A stretch of 63,933 nt of DNA, counting the filler, from Octopus bimaculoides (taxonomy: Eukaryota): NCBI RefSeq assembly GCF_001194135.2. It is 6 parts of 5 records of this genome, joined end to end, with 100 filler letters (N's around TTAATTAATTAA, not from the genome) between each part and the next. Parts side by side here need not be neighbours in the genome. Positions count along the whole stretch, not along the records: positions 17,731 to 38,330 come from NC_068993.1; positions 38,431 to 54,060 come from NC_068990.1; 4 more parts are not named here. The stretch is one strand, 5' to 3'. Shown piece by piece: positions 26,916-38,650 of the stretch (position 1 is its first letter; the number at the start of each line of letters is the position of its first letter). The notes under the pieces were generated by a model. It saw only the letters and a list, made by a program, of their open reading frames with translations. It was not told where the DNA came from and did no database searches. The position numbers and the translations under genes are program-made.

Positions 26916-29900
26916 TAAACAAACATAAAAGACACAGTGATCATGTTGGTTCTGAAATAAGCACAAGGTCAATTAGGAACAACATTGAGAAATAAACAGC
27001 AGCAGAAGAAACGGCAGCAGCAGCAGCAGCAAGTATCATTATCAATATTAAACAGTAACATTAACACCACATCCACAATCGCCTCTACAGCCACTATTAT
27101 CAAATACAACAACAAAAACAACAACCACTTCTACTACTCCAACTACAAATACCAATACTATTATTAATATTACAACTACGAACAAAGAGAACGTTTAAGA
27201 TGGCAAGAATTTTTGTTATCAAGCGGTAATAGAGAGAATAAGAATCACATTGACAGCTGTCAGACAACTCAATTTGTATTTCAGAGCTGAGGAGAGGGAG
27301 TCGGCTTGAAGAGTTAGACTCTCTATGTATACATATATGTCGGTATATATTTCTATATGTGTGTGTATGTGTGGATGAACGTGTGTGTGTGTGTGTTCGT
27401 GTGTGTCTGTTTGTATAAATATGTGTGTATCTGCATAAATATGGGTGTGTGTGTGTGTAATTATTTGTTTGTTCTTGGTCTAGTGGTTGTTGTTGATAAT
27501 ATTTTGCGTTTTGTAGAATAAATTTTTGTTGTAACATTTATATATCACATTGGATGACAAATTTTGCAAAAATATATGATAATAAACCCCAAAAATATAT
27601 ATACATAAGGTAGAAATACAGTCTTTATTTGACGGTATTAGAGTCAAATATGTTTACCTTCAAAAATTGTATGGATATATATGTATATATATATATATAT
27701 NNNNNNNNNNNNNNNNNNNNNNNNNNNNNNNNNNNNNNNNNNNNNNNNNNNNNNNNNNNNNNNNNNNNNNNNNNNNNNNNNNNNNNNNNNNNNNNNNNNN
27801 NNNNNNNNNNNNNNNNNNNNNNNNNNNNNNNNNNNNNNNNNNNNNNNNNNNNNNNNNNNNNNNNNNNNNNNNNNNNNNNNNNNNNNNNNNNNNNNNNNNN
27901 NNNNNNNNNNNNNNNNNNNNNNNNNNNNNNNNNNNNNNNNNNNNNNNNNNNNNNNNNNNNNNNNNNNNNNNNNNNNNNNNNNNNNNNNNNNNNNNNNNNN
28001 NNNNNNNNNNNNNNNNNNNNNNNNNNNNNNNNNNNNNNNNNNNNNNNNNNNNNNNNNNNNNNNNNNNNNNNNNNNNNNNNNNNNNNNNNNNNNNNNNNNN
28101 NNNNNNNTATATATATATATATATATATGCCTGTATGTATATAATTCAACTACTAAATTGACAGATATCACATTGCGCACATATGCAAAGTCACATTCCC
28201 GCATACAGATGCACAGACAAAAGCTTACACTTTCGGACAAATATACAATCTCCGTAATACACATCACACACACACACATACACCAACGCATGTGTACAAA
28301 CTGACAAAGAAAAACTAAACAAAATTTTTCCAACATAATCCTTTATTCACGTGTTCTTGTTTCTCTCTAACAAGTGAGAATTCAATTTTTATTCCATTTC
28401 CTGTAAACTTGAAATCATATATAGAGAACTGAAGAGTCAATCGCTGTTATTGTCCAAGTGTCTTCTTTCAATAACGGCCTCTTTTCGACGCTAGTCTTTC
28501 CAACATGGCCTCCTACAGCTTTGTCGCTCATTTGCTCTGGTTAGCTGTTAAGAGATTTTTCAATTTGTTTTGCTTTTTTCCTTGTTTTCCTTTCTGTCTT
28601 CATATATTTTTTCTTTATATATATATATATTTCATTCTCCACTATTCAAAGTTATGAAAGGAGAAAATGAAAACCCCGCTAAGTTTTCTGAAAATACAAA
28701 ATACAAAGGACACAAAAAAAAAGACATGTATGTATTATAATTCCTTACACATCACAGTCACATGCAGACGTATACAAACACACACACAGAAACACAGACA
28801 CAAACACACGCACACACATACACACGTACGTACATACAAGTATATGTATATACATATATCTGACTGTGTATGTATAAGTGTGTGGGTGTTGAATGTAGTA
28901 CAACGACACGTAAACATATATGCGTAATACACACACACATAACAACATCAAAACGATACATAGCCTTGTGTTAGTGTATATGCGAACAAACATGCACAGA
29001 GTTATGTATGTATACGTGTGCCTATATAAATATATACGTTTATATATATATGCGTATATATATATATATATATATATNNNNNNNNNNNNNNNNNNNNNNN
29101 NNNNNNNNNNNNNNNNNNNNNNNNNNNNNNNNNNNNNNNNNNNNNNNNNNNNNNNNNNNNNNNNNNNNNNNNNNNNNNNNNNNNNNNNNNNNNNNNNNNN
29201 NNNNNNNNNNNNNNNNNNNNNNNNNNNNNNNNNNNNNNNNNNNNNNNNNNNNNNNNNNNNNNNNNNNNNNNNNNNNNNNNNNNNNNNNNNNNNNNNNNNN
29301 NNNNNNNNNNNNNNNNNNNNNNNNNNNNNNNNNNNNNNNNNNNNNNNNNNNNNNNNNNNNNNNNNNNNNNNNNNNNNNNNNNNNNNNNNNNNNNNNNNNN
29401 NNNNNNNNNNNNNNNNNNNNNNNNNNNNNNNNNNNNNNNNNNNNNNNNNNNNNNNNNNNNNNNNNNNNNNNNNNNNNNNNNNNNNNNNNNNNNNNNNNNN
29501 NNNNNNNNNNNNNNNNNNNNNNNNNNNNNNNNNNNNNNNNNNNNNNNNNNNNNNNNNNNNNNNNNNNNNNNNNNNNNNNNNNNNNNNNNNNNNNNNNNNN
29601 NNNNNNNNNNNNNNNNNNNNNNNNNNNNNNNNNNNNNNNNNNNNNNNNNNNNNNNNNNNNNNNNNNNNNNNNNNNNNNNNNNNNNNNNNNNNNNNNNNNN
29701 NNNNNNNNNNNNNNNNNNNNNNNNNNNNNNNNNNNNNNNNNNNNNNNNNNNNNNNNNNNNNNNNNNNNNNNNNNNNNNNNNNNNNNNNNNNNNNNNNNNN
29801 NNNNNNNNNNNNNNNNNNNNNNNNNNNNNNNNNNNNNNNNNNNNNNNNNNNNNNNNNNNNNNNNNNNNNNNNNNNNNNNNNNNNNNNNNNNNNNNNNNNN

Positions 29901-29987
29901 NNNNNNNNNNNNNNNNNNNNNNNNNNNNNNNNNNNNNNNNNNNNNNNNNNNNNNNNNNNNNTATATATATATGTATATATACATATA

Positions 29988-30028
<41 letters not shown>

Positions 30029-30262
30029 AAGTAGAATGTTCTCTATGTGGCTTGTGTTTTCTCGTCTATGTTTTGTTTGCAATGTCCTGTACCCAGATAT
30101 GCACCTATACATACAGGTGGACGTCGGTATGCACATACCTGTACGTATATATGCATATACTCATTTACTATTTGTTTTTATATATATATATATACGAGCT
30201 ATCAGAAGGTTACCGGAATACTTATGTTTAATAAAAAAAATAACTTATTTACTTAAGTTTTA

Positions 30263-30440
30263 AGACCATCTCTTTCCAAATAGTCGCCTTGTGCAGCAAT
30301 GAGCCGGTCCCACCGTTCTTTCCGCTTTAGGAATCCGTCCTGGAATTCGTTTTCCGTTAGCGAGTCGAGAACGTTCTGCGATTACCTCTTGATCTCGACA
30401 ACAGTGTTAAAACGGAGACCTTTGAACAGCGTTTTCATCT
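30263..30440 (-). mobile_element. Mariner transposase C-terminal fragment
   Basis: The minus frame reads KMKTLFKGLRFNTVVEIKR*SQNVLDSLTENEFQDGFLKRKERWDRLIAAQGDYLERD (mariner KGxRF...W..RW..CI..QGDYFE pattern). Confidence 0.8.
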
Positions 30441-30677
30441 TGTATTTGCCTCGGTCATTTGACTGCGGCCATGCTGGAGCACCGCCTTTAGTAAAACAAA
30501 TCGACCCCAGGACTTATTCTTTGTAAGCCTAGTACTTATTCTATCGGTATTCTATCTTTTGCCGAACTGCTAAGTTACGGGGACGTAGACACACCAGCAT
30601 CTGTTATGGAATGATGTTGGGGAGAAAACACAGACACACAAACGTGCACATGCACACACACTCACATACACACACAC

Positions 30678-30769
<92 letters not shown>

Positions 30770-30784
30770 ATATATATATATATA
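30441..30784 (-). mobile_element. tRNA-derived SINE 3' half with internal microsatellite (head lost in gap)
   Basis: cggtcatttgactgcggccatgctggagcaccgcctttag..tcgaccccaggacttattctttgtaagcctagtacttattctatcgg. Confidence 0.85.
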
Positions 30785-32214
30785 NNNNNNNNNNNNNNNN
30801 NNNNNNNNNNNNNNNNNNNNNNNNNNNNNNNNNNNNNNNNNNNNNNNNNNNNNNNNNNNNNNNNNNNNNNNNNNNNNNNNNNNNNNNNNNNNNNNNNNNN
30901 NNNNNNNNNNNNNNNNNNNNNNNNNNNNNNNNNNNNNNNNNNNNNNNNNNNNNNNNNNNNNNNNNNNNNNNNNNNNNNNNNNNNNNNNNNNNNNNNNNNN
31001 NNNNNNNNNNNNNNNNNNNNNNNNNNNNNNNNNNNNNNNNNNNNNNNNNNNNNNNNNNNNNNNNNNNNNNNNNNNNNNNNNNNNNNNNNNNNNNNNNNNN
31101 NNNNNNNNNNNNNNNNNNNNNNNNNNNNNNNNNNNNNNNNNNNNNNNNNNNNNNNNNNNNNNNNNNNNNNNNNNNNNNNNNNNNNNNNNNNNNNNNNNNN
31201 NNNNNNNNNNNNNNNNNNNNNNNNNNNNNNNNNNNNNNNNNNNNNNNNNNNNNNNNNNNNNNNNNNNNNNNNNATATATATATATATATATACACACATC
31301 GTACATATACACATATACTCGAGGAAATATATGTCAATACGACTACGTAAAAATTTTCTAAATACCCCATATCATGTCATGGTTGAAAATATATAGGTGT
31401 TTGAGCAGGTTGGGGGTGTAAAGAAATACTTAATAAAGATTCTGACAGGTGGAAATCGTCTTCACTACAATATGTTTAATATTTATGTCGGTGTAAAGTA
31501 TATTTAATTTTTAATAATTTGAACAAGAGGGAAAGTATGATACGATATACGCCGAAACTTACTTAATATTATAAAATGCCTATTAGTTATGTTTGTTTTT
31601 CACGATTCTTGTAAACCTATTACTTGTGGAATTTTCTCTTTTTCCATATTTCTTTTTGTCTTTTTTCTGCTGTTGCTGCTTTCTTGTCTACTTAGCAGTA
31701 TATCTTTTTTTAACGTATAGAATTTTACCCTAGACACATATGTGATATTATGGTTAGGTTTTCATTTAAATACTATCCAGTCCCAATATGGCTATAACTG
31801 AACGGCTGAACGATGTAAAATATGAATGTGTTAGTAATGTTTAGCCTTACATGCACAACAGTATTAGACAAATATATGACCTCAGGCATTCCAGCCAAGG
31901 ATATCATACCTTTTTAGGGGTGTCTAGGATTACATGCGCTGATGGTTTATATATTTGCTTAATAGAATGGAATATAATTTAAGAAAATATATTATATATC
32001 TGCTGATATTAACGTACCAATCTAATAATAAGATTATTATATTTGAATACAATACTTTTTAGCTGACAATTTTGCAACATTAGGCAGATTTCAAACGTCA
32101 TCAAGGTCATCAGCAACCACTATCTCGTAATCTAGGATTCAGAGAAACCAATCTCCATAGCATAGAAGTGACGGTGGTGACAACCTTCCTCCTGAGCAGA
32201 AAGCTAACCCATCA

Positions 32215-32340
32215 GAGCGTTACCCATGTACAAGTGAGTGAATTGGAGCAACGCGAAACGACGTGTTTTGCTGAAAAAACAACTCACCACCGGGGAGTGG
32301 TAAGCACCAAAATCGTAAGATCATGAGATTTAGTGAATAG
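32215..32340 (-). mobile_element. SINE head, degenerate
   Basis: gagtgaattggagcaacgcgaaac..gtgttttgctgaa matches 60880-60930. Confidence 0.55.
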
Positions 32341-32550
32341 AGCACACTCTATTTACGTGCCTATACTTACAAATAACTGTCCTTAAAATTTATCAGCAGG
32401 GCGGTAAACAAAAATTCTTTATTTTGTTCTTAAAATAAACAAAAAATCAGAGTTAGTATTTATGCAGTAATTGATAATTTCCCACTTAGCTTCAGATGTT
32501 TAATACAGAATGTCTTAAGTTGTATGATATGGACGATTTTTGTTAAGTTT

Positions 32551-32820
32551 ACAAAGGTTGGGTGAAAAGTTCGTAGGCTGATGAAGATACTTTCGTAGAA
32601 TGGGACCAAATGGGGTTTATTTTTCTGTATAGTCCTCGTTGCCGTTCATACATTTTGTTGCCGTACATGGATCGCAATGGTAAAGAAGCTTTCATCTTGT
32701 TTGTAAAAAAAAAATCATAAACAGCAAATATGACGTCATCATCGCGGTAATACTGGTTCCCAACCAAGTGTTTTTTTTTCCATTTGGAGGAACAGATGAT
32801 AGTCAAAGGAGGCCAGCTTA
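32551..32820 (-). mobile_element. Mariner 3' end fragment
   Basis: The minus strand reads LASFDYHLFLQM..KKHLVGNQYYRDDDVIFAV (mariner LAPSDYHLF..K..L.G..F..DDDV), running to a TIR-like gaacttttcacccaacct end. Confidence 0.75.
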
Positions 32821-32884
32821 TGAGAAATTTTTTCTGAAATTTAAAACAACAGCGGGAACTTAGTTATATACATATATATGCTGA

Positions 32885-33088
32885 GACCCCCTTCGGTCAT
32901 GACTGATCATGGGATTGCACCTAGAAAGTTACCCTCGCAGGCACAAGTCAAGGCAAGGTTGTTTTATGGAAGACCAGCAGTCGCCCATGCATACCGTCCT
33001 TCTCTCTCCACGCCACCAATGTTATCCAAGGGAAAGGCAAAGGCCGATACAGCTTGGCACCAGTGACGGTCACAGCTCATTTCTACAG

Positions 33089-33090
<2 letters not shown>
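32885..33090. mobile_element. Interspersed SINE/RTE-tail-type repeat
   Basis: cccttcggtcatga..atgggattgcacctagaaagttaccctc..ggaagaccagcagtcgcccatgc..gccgatacagcttggcacc; recognised from memory as an abundant octopod repeat. Confidence 0.55.
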
Positions 33091-33158
<68 letters not shown>

Positions 33159-33820
33159 GCGCGCACATACAGATATTTACGCGCTTGCGCGCACACACAC
33201 ACACGTATGTGTGCGCGCGCGTGGGTGTGTCTGTACGTGTGCATGTCTGTATGTTTTCTGAATAGTGCAAATTCAAACAGTGCAAATATGACGATTAGCT
33301 GTTATATACCGATGAGTCTTTAATTATTTTTCTTATCAGAAGTTATTCCGCTGTTACATGAGACTGGTTGGCTGTTGATGTTTGTTAGAGTTTATTGCTA
33401 GTTGTCTTACAGGTGAAGACACAGAACTCAACCATCTAAGACTGATTCATTTGTTATTCTGGCTAAAAATGATTGGTATGGAGGCGTTTATTGTTGTTAT
33501 ATTCTTGTATAATAACTATGTTGTTTATATATTGCTGATTTCATATGAAGATTATATTTCGTAATATAATTGTAGCAGGACTGTAAGAATGTGTAAAGAA
33601 TTTTCATTTATTCTTGCAGTGTGTGTATGATTATTTCCTAGATTTCAGGAGAATTGTTTTAAGATTCAGTCAGCAGTTGTGAATATGCTACTGAAGGAAA
33701 TATATCTAAGATGTGAGAGTAATACAGACATCTATACTTCTGCAGAAAATATTTTCGCTGCCTTCCTTATTGGAGAGACGAGAACATTAGAAGAAGCAAC
33801 CGTTGGTATATGTATTGCAC

Positions 33821-34455
33821 GATGAGCTGAGAGAATAGGCATCAGGCAAGTTGAAATGCTTAGCGGCATTTCGTCCGCCTTTACGTTCGGAGTTCAAATT
33901 CCGCTGAGTTCGACTTTACCATTCATCCTTTCCTGGTTAATAAAATATGTACCAATTGAGTCAATGTCATCGACTTACCTCATCCCGAAGATGCTGGCCT
34001 TGTACGAAAATTTGAAACTAATATAAGTATTGAACGGAGAGCTGGTAGAATCCTTATAATGCCGGGTAAAATGTTTAGCGGTATTTCGTATGACTTTCCG
34101 TTCTGAGTTCAAATACCGCTGGATTGGTCTTTGTCTTTCATCCTTTCGGCGTCATTAAAATAAGTACACATTGAACACTGCGATTGACGTAATCGACTTG
34201 GCCCTTCCTCCCGAACCGCTCCGGCCTTTTACCAAAATTTGAAACCAATATATATCGAGAACTGCAAGCTGGCAGAATCATTAGCACGCCGGGTATTTCA
34301 TCCGTCCTTATATTCTGAGTTCAAATTACGCAGAGGTCGGCTTTGCCTTTCATTTTTTCGGGGTCGATAAGATAAATACCAGTTGCACTCTGAGGTCGAC
34401 GTAATCGACTTACCCCTCTCATGAAATTGCTGGCCTTGCGCCAATATTTGCAATC
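33821..34455 (+). mobile_element. Three head-to-tail copies of a ~200-220 bp SINE (33821-34022, 34032-34249, 34264-34455)
   Basis: Each copy has gagctg..agaat, ..gttc(t/g)gagttcaaat.., tcatcctttc, taatcgactt and ggcctt...aaaatttgaaac.aat. Confidence 0.8.
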
Positions 34456-34607
34456 AGTGTATGTAGAGAACACAATGGGAGTCAATGACTTCAAACAACA
34501 TTTATATACAAACATAAAGCTGAAAAGCGTAGCGTTAGAGTGTGTAAATCTATAAAAACAAATACAGGTATCAAAATTGAATGAATGAACGATTGATATA
34601 TCTTATC

Positions 34608-34820
34608 TTTCACCTTTCATCCATTACTTGTTTCAGCCATCAGACTGCGCCCATGCTGGGGCGCAGCTTTGAAGAATATTTGGCGAAAGTATCGACACCA
34701 TTACGTTTACGCTAAGCCTAGTATTTATTTCATTGTTTCGTTTTGCCGATCAGCTGTGTTACAGGGACGAAAACAATCCAGCAGGGGTTGTCAAACACAG
34801 ACACACACACACACACACAA
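34608..34820 (-). mobile_element. SINE 3' half
   Basis: ctttcatccattacttgtttcagccatcagactgcgcccatgctggggc.. aligns to 30441-30640. Confidence 0.75.
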
Positions 34821-36305
34821 TTATATATATTCTACTATAGCCTCAAACTGAAAACCCTTGGAACCACGCATATAAATACATGTGCGCGTGCGTATATATA
34901 AATATATAAATAAATATATNNNNNNNNNNNNNNNNNNNNNNNNNNNNNNNNNNNNNNNNNNNNNNNNNNNNNNNNNNNNNNNNNNNNNNNNNNNNNNNNN
35001 NNNNNNNNNNNNNNNNNNNNNNNNNNNNNNNNNNNNNNNNNNNNNNNNNNNNNNNNNNNNNNNNNNNNNNNNNNNNNNNNNNNNNNNNNNNNNNNNNNNN
35101 NNNNNNNNNNNNNNNNNNNNNNNNNNNNNNNNNNNNNNNNNNNNNNNNNNNNNNNNNNNNNNNNNNNNNNNNNNNNNNNNNNNNNNNNNNNNNNNNNNNN
35201 NNNNNNNNNNNNNNNNNNNNNNNNNNNNNNNNNNNNNNNNNNNNNNNNNNNNNNNNNNNNNNNNNNNNNNNNNNNNNNNNNNNNNNNNNNNNNNNNNNNN
35301 NNNNNNNNNNNNNNNNNNNNNNNNNNNNNNNNNNNNNNNNNNNNNNNNNNNNNNNNNNNNNNNNNNNNNNNNNNNNNNNNNNNNNNNNNNNNNNNNNNNN
35401 NNNNNNNNNNNNNNNNNNNNNNNNNNNNNNNNNNNNNNNNNNNNNNNNNNNNNNNNNNNNNNNNNNNNNNNNNNNNNNNNNNNNNNNNNNNNNNNNNNNN
35501 NNNNNNNNNNNNNNNNNNNNNNNNNNNNNNNNNNNNNNNNNNNNNNNNNNNNNNNNNNNNNNNNNNNNNNNNNNNNNNNNNNNNNNNNNNNNNNNNNNNN
35601 NNNNNNNNNNNNNNNNNNNNNNNNNNNNNNNNNNNNNNNNNNNNNNNNNNNNNNNNNNNNNNTATATGCTGACGTGCGTGCGTGCGTGTTGTTCGTGCAT
35701 ATATGTGAACACATGTGCTTGTATATAATCCACCACCACCCCCTTGCTGAAACACTTTGCAAGTTTCAATGCTGGTTATGCATAAATGCATTCGCATGCA
35801 AATCAACATGCATTCATATGCTGTACGCACGTATATGTCATATAGAATCATGAACTCGAGCGTTCATTGGCTGGAATTGTTCACATGGTATGATTTTGAC
35901 ATGTACTTCTCTATACGTAAACGGTTGCAGAAAAGAAAAGGCGAAAGACTGAGTGTGTATATGATTGCCTCATGATATTTGTACTTCTGCATATGTGTAT
36001 ATATTTGGGTATATGTCTGTTTGTACCTGCGTGTTTGCGCGTATCCTGTCCTTCAATCTAGGACATCGCATCAGTTTTTGTGTGTATATTTCATTGTCTT
36101 TATATCCCCGAGTCGATCTGCATAACAATATCATTCTGTATACATATGTGTACTCTTGTGCGTCTGTATAATTGTGTGTGTCCTTAGATGTACGTGTGTG
36201 TGCATGTGCATACCCAGCCTCGAGAACGCAAAGTTGTGTATGTGTATGTATTGATGTATTTGTCTTTCTATGTATGAATATACCAACGTATGTGCGTGTT
36301 TGTAC

Positions 36306-36337
<32 letters not shown>

Positions 36338-37256
36338 ATTCATACATATATATGCATTGATGTATATATATATATATATATATNNNNNNNNNNNNNNNNN
36401 NNNNNNNNNNNNNNNNNNNNNNNNNNNNNNNNNNNNNNNNNNNNNNNNNNNNNNNNNNNNNNNNNNNNNNNNNNNNNNNNNNNNNNNNNNNNNNNNNNNN
36501 NNNNNNNNNNNNNNNNNNNNNNNNNNNNNNNNNNNNNNNNNNNNNNNNNNNNNNNNNNNNNNNNNNNNNNNNNNNNNNNNNNNNNNNNNNNNNNNNNNNN
36601 NNNNNNNNNNNNNNNNNNNNNNNNNNNNNNNNNNNNNNNNNNNNNNNNNNNNNNNNNNNNNNNNNNNNNNNNNNNNNNNNNNNNNNNNNNNNNNNNNNNN
36701 NNNNNNNNNNNNNNNNNNNNNNNNNNNNNNNNNNNNNNNNNNNNNNNNNNNNNNNNNNNNNNNNNNNNNNNNNNNNNNNNNNNNNNNNNNNNNNNNNNNN
36801 NNNNNNNNNNNNNNNNNNNNNNNNNNNNNNNNNNNNNNNNNNNNNNNNNNNNNNNNNNNNNNNNNNNNNNNNNNNNNNNNNNNNNNNNNNNNNNNNNNNN
36901 NNNNNNNNNNNNNNNNNNNNNNNNNNNNNNNNNNNNNNNNNNNNNNNNNNNNNNNNNNNNNNNNNNNNNNNNNNNNNNNNNNNNNNNNNNNNNNNNNNNN
37001 NNNNNNNNNNNNNNNNNNNNNNNNNNNNNNNNNNNNNNNNNNNNNNNNNNNNNNNNNNNNNNNNNNNNNNNNNNNNNNNNNNNNNNNNNNNNNNNNNNNN
37101 NNNNNNNNNNNNNNNNNNNNNNNNNNNNNNNNNNNNNNNNNNNNNNNNNNNNNNNNNNNNNNNNNNNNNNNNNNNNNNNNNNNNNNNNNNNNNNNNNNNN
37201 NNNNNNNNNNNNNNNNNNNNNNNNNNNNNNNNNNNNNNNNNNNNNNNNNNNNNNNN

Positions 37257-37316
<60 letters not shown>

Positions 37317-38188
37317 GTTTATATATATATATATACACACAAATATATACATACATATATATATATGTGTATGTATATATATGTGTGTGTGTATATAAAT
37401 ATTACTTTATAAATATATATCTATATATATATATATATATACATATATATATGTAATATATGTATATGTGTGTGTATCTGTGTATGTATGGATATGTATA
37501 TATAATATATGCATGTATTTATAAACAGTCATTGCACATGTATTTGAATGCACTAGCATTCTGACACGTAGTATTAGGTTAATGGTTGGGCTGAGGGCAG
37601 CTACAAAATTATGGCGCGGGTATGTGAGGTAATGGCGTTGATGATTGTGATAGCAATAATGTTGTTGGTGATAGGTGATGGGTGATGGGAATATAATGCA
37701 CTGGGAACAAAAGTGATGTGAAATACATAAAGACACAGAGAGAAGTAATGAGAGAGAATGATAGAGAGTGAGGAAAGAGAGACATGAGTGAGAGGGAGAG
37801 AGAAATATATAAAGATAGACAGGCATGCAGACGGTGAGATGGACAGGCAGACAGATAGATGGGAAGATAGGTAGATAGATAGATAGATAGATAGATACAT
37901 ACATACATACATACATATATACATACATAGATACGTATACATACATACAGTTATAGGTATCCATAAAAACATAAATATGCAACTGTATATGTATCATACA
38001 TACATATATACATAAATACATACATACATGCGTATATATATATATGTGTGTGTGTGTGTATTTCGTGTGCAAGATTCTTGATGTGGATACGTGTGTTGAA
38101 AGAAATACAATTAAACCTTGGGAGAGGCATTATGCCGGTAATAAACACACGCACTGGTTCAGTCCTTTATTAATTTATATAGTTTTTT

Positions 38189-38229
38189 GTTAAATTATTT
38201 CATTGCACTCTTGCAATCTCTTCAGTAAC
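38189..38229 (-). ncRNA. Minimal type-I hammerhead ribozyme motif
   Basis: The minus strand reads gtta-CTGAAGA-g-attgca(agag)tgcaat-GAAA-taa-TT-taac. Helix I is a perfect 4 bp, helix II a perfect 6 bp, there is one extra nt after A9, helix III is quasi-palindromic (ATAAT), and the triplet is AUU. Confidence 0.7.
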
Positions 38230-38330
38230 TTGTCTCTCCACTTCCATTTATTTTGAATATATGATCTGGCGTTGTTTTGGCGTTGTTTCGAAACTGTTTG
38301 GTATGAGCATGTGAGTGTGTGCAAGCTCGT

Positions 38331-38430
38331 NNNNNNNNNNNNNNNNNNNNNNNNNNNNNNNNNNNNNNNNNNNNTTAATTAATTAANNNNNNNNNNNNNN
38401 NNNNNNNNNNNNNNNNNNNNNNNNNNNNNN
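38331..38430. other. Assembly linker
   Basis: 44N + TTAATTAATTAA + 44N. Confidence 0.97.
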
Positions 38431-38446
38431 ATATATATATATATAT

Positions 38447-38650
38447 ACACGAGGGGTGCTGAAAAGCTCCTAGCTTTGGGTAAAAGAAAATACAGAAGGA
38501 TCACTTAATCATTATTTTATTCGACATATTCCTCTATCAGATCCACACACTTATTGCAGCAGTCCTTCAATTTTTCTAAGCCCTGTAAAAGGACTCGGGA
38601 GGGTCGATCACCAACCAGGCCTTGCCCGATACCCTTAAAGCCAAGAAATT
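38447..38650 (-). mobile_element. Mariner terminal fragment (TIR acgaggggtgctgaaaag..)
   Basis: TA-flanked cacgaggggtgctgaaaagctcc terminus, followed by antisense transposase C-terminus (tcgacatattcctct..cacacttattgcagc). Confidence 0.6.

Noticed and set aside
26394-26995. Acidic, His-rich and Thr-rich ORFs on both strands
   Set aside because: Compound trinucleotide repeat open in most frames; no non-repetitive domain recognised.
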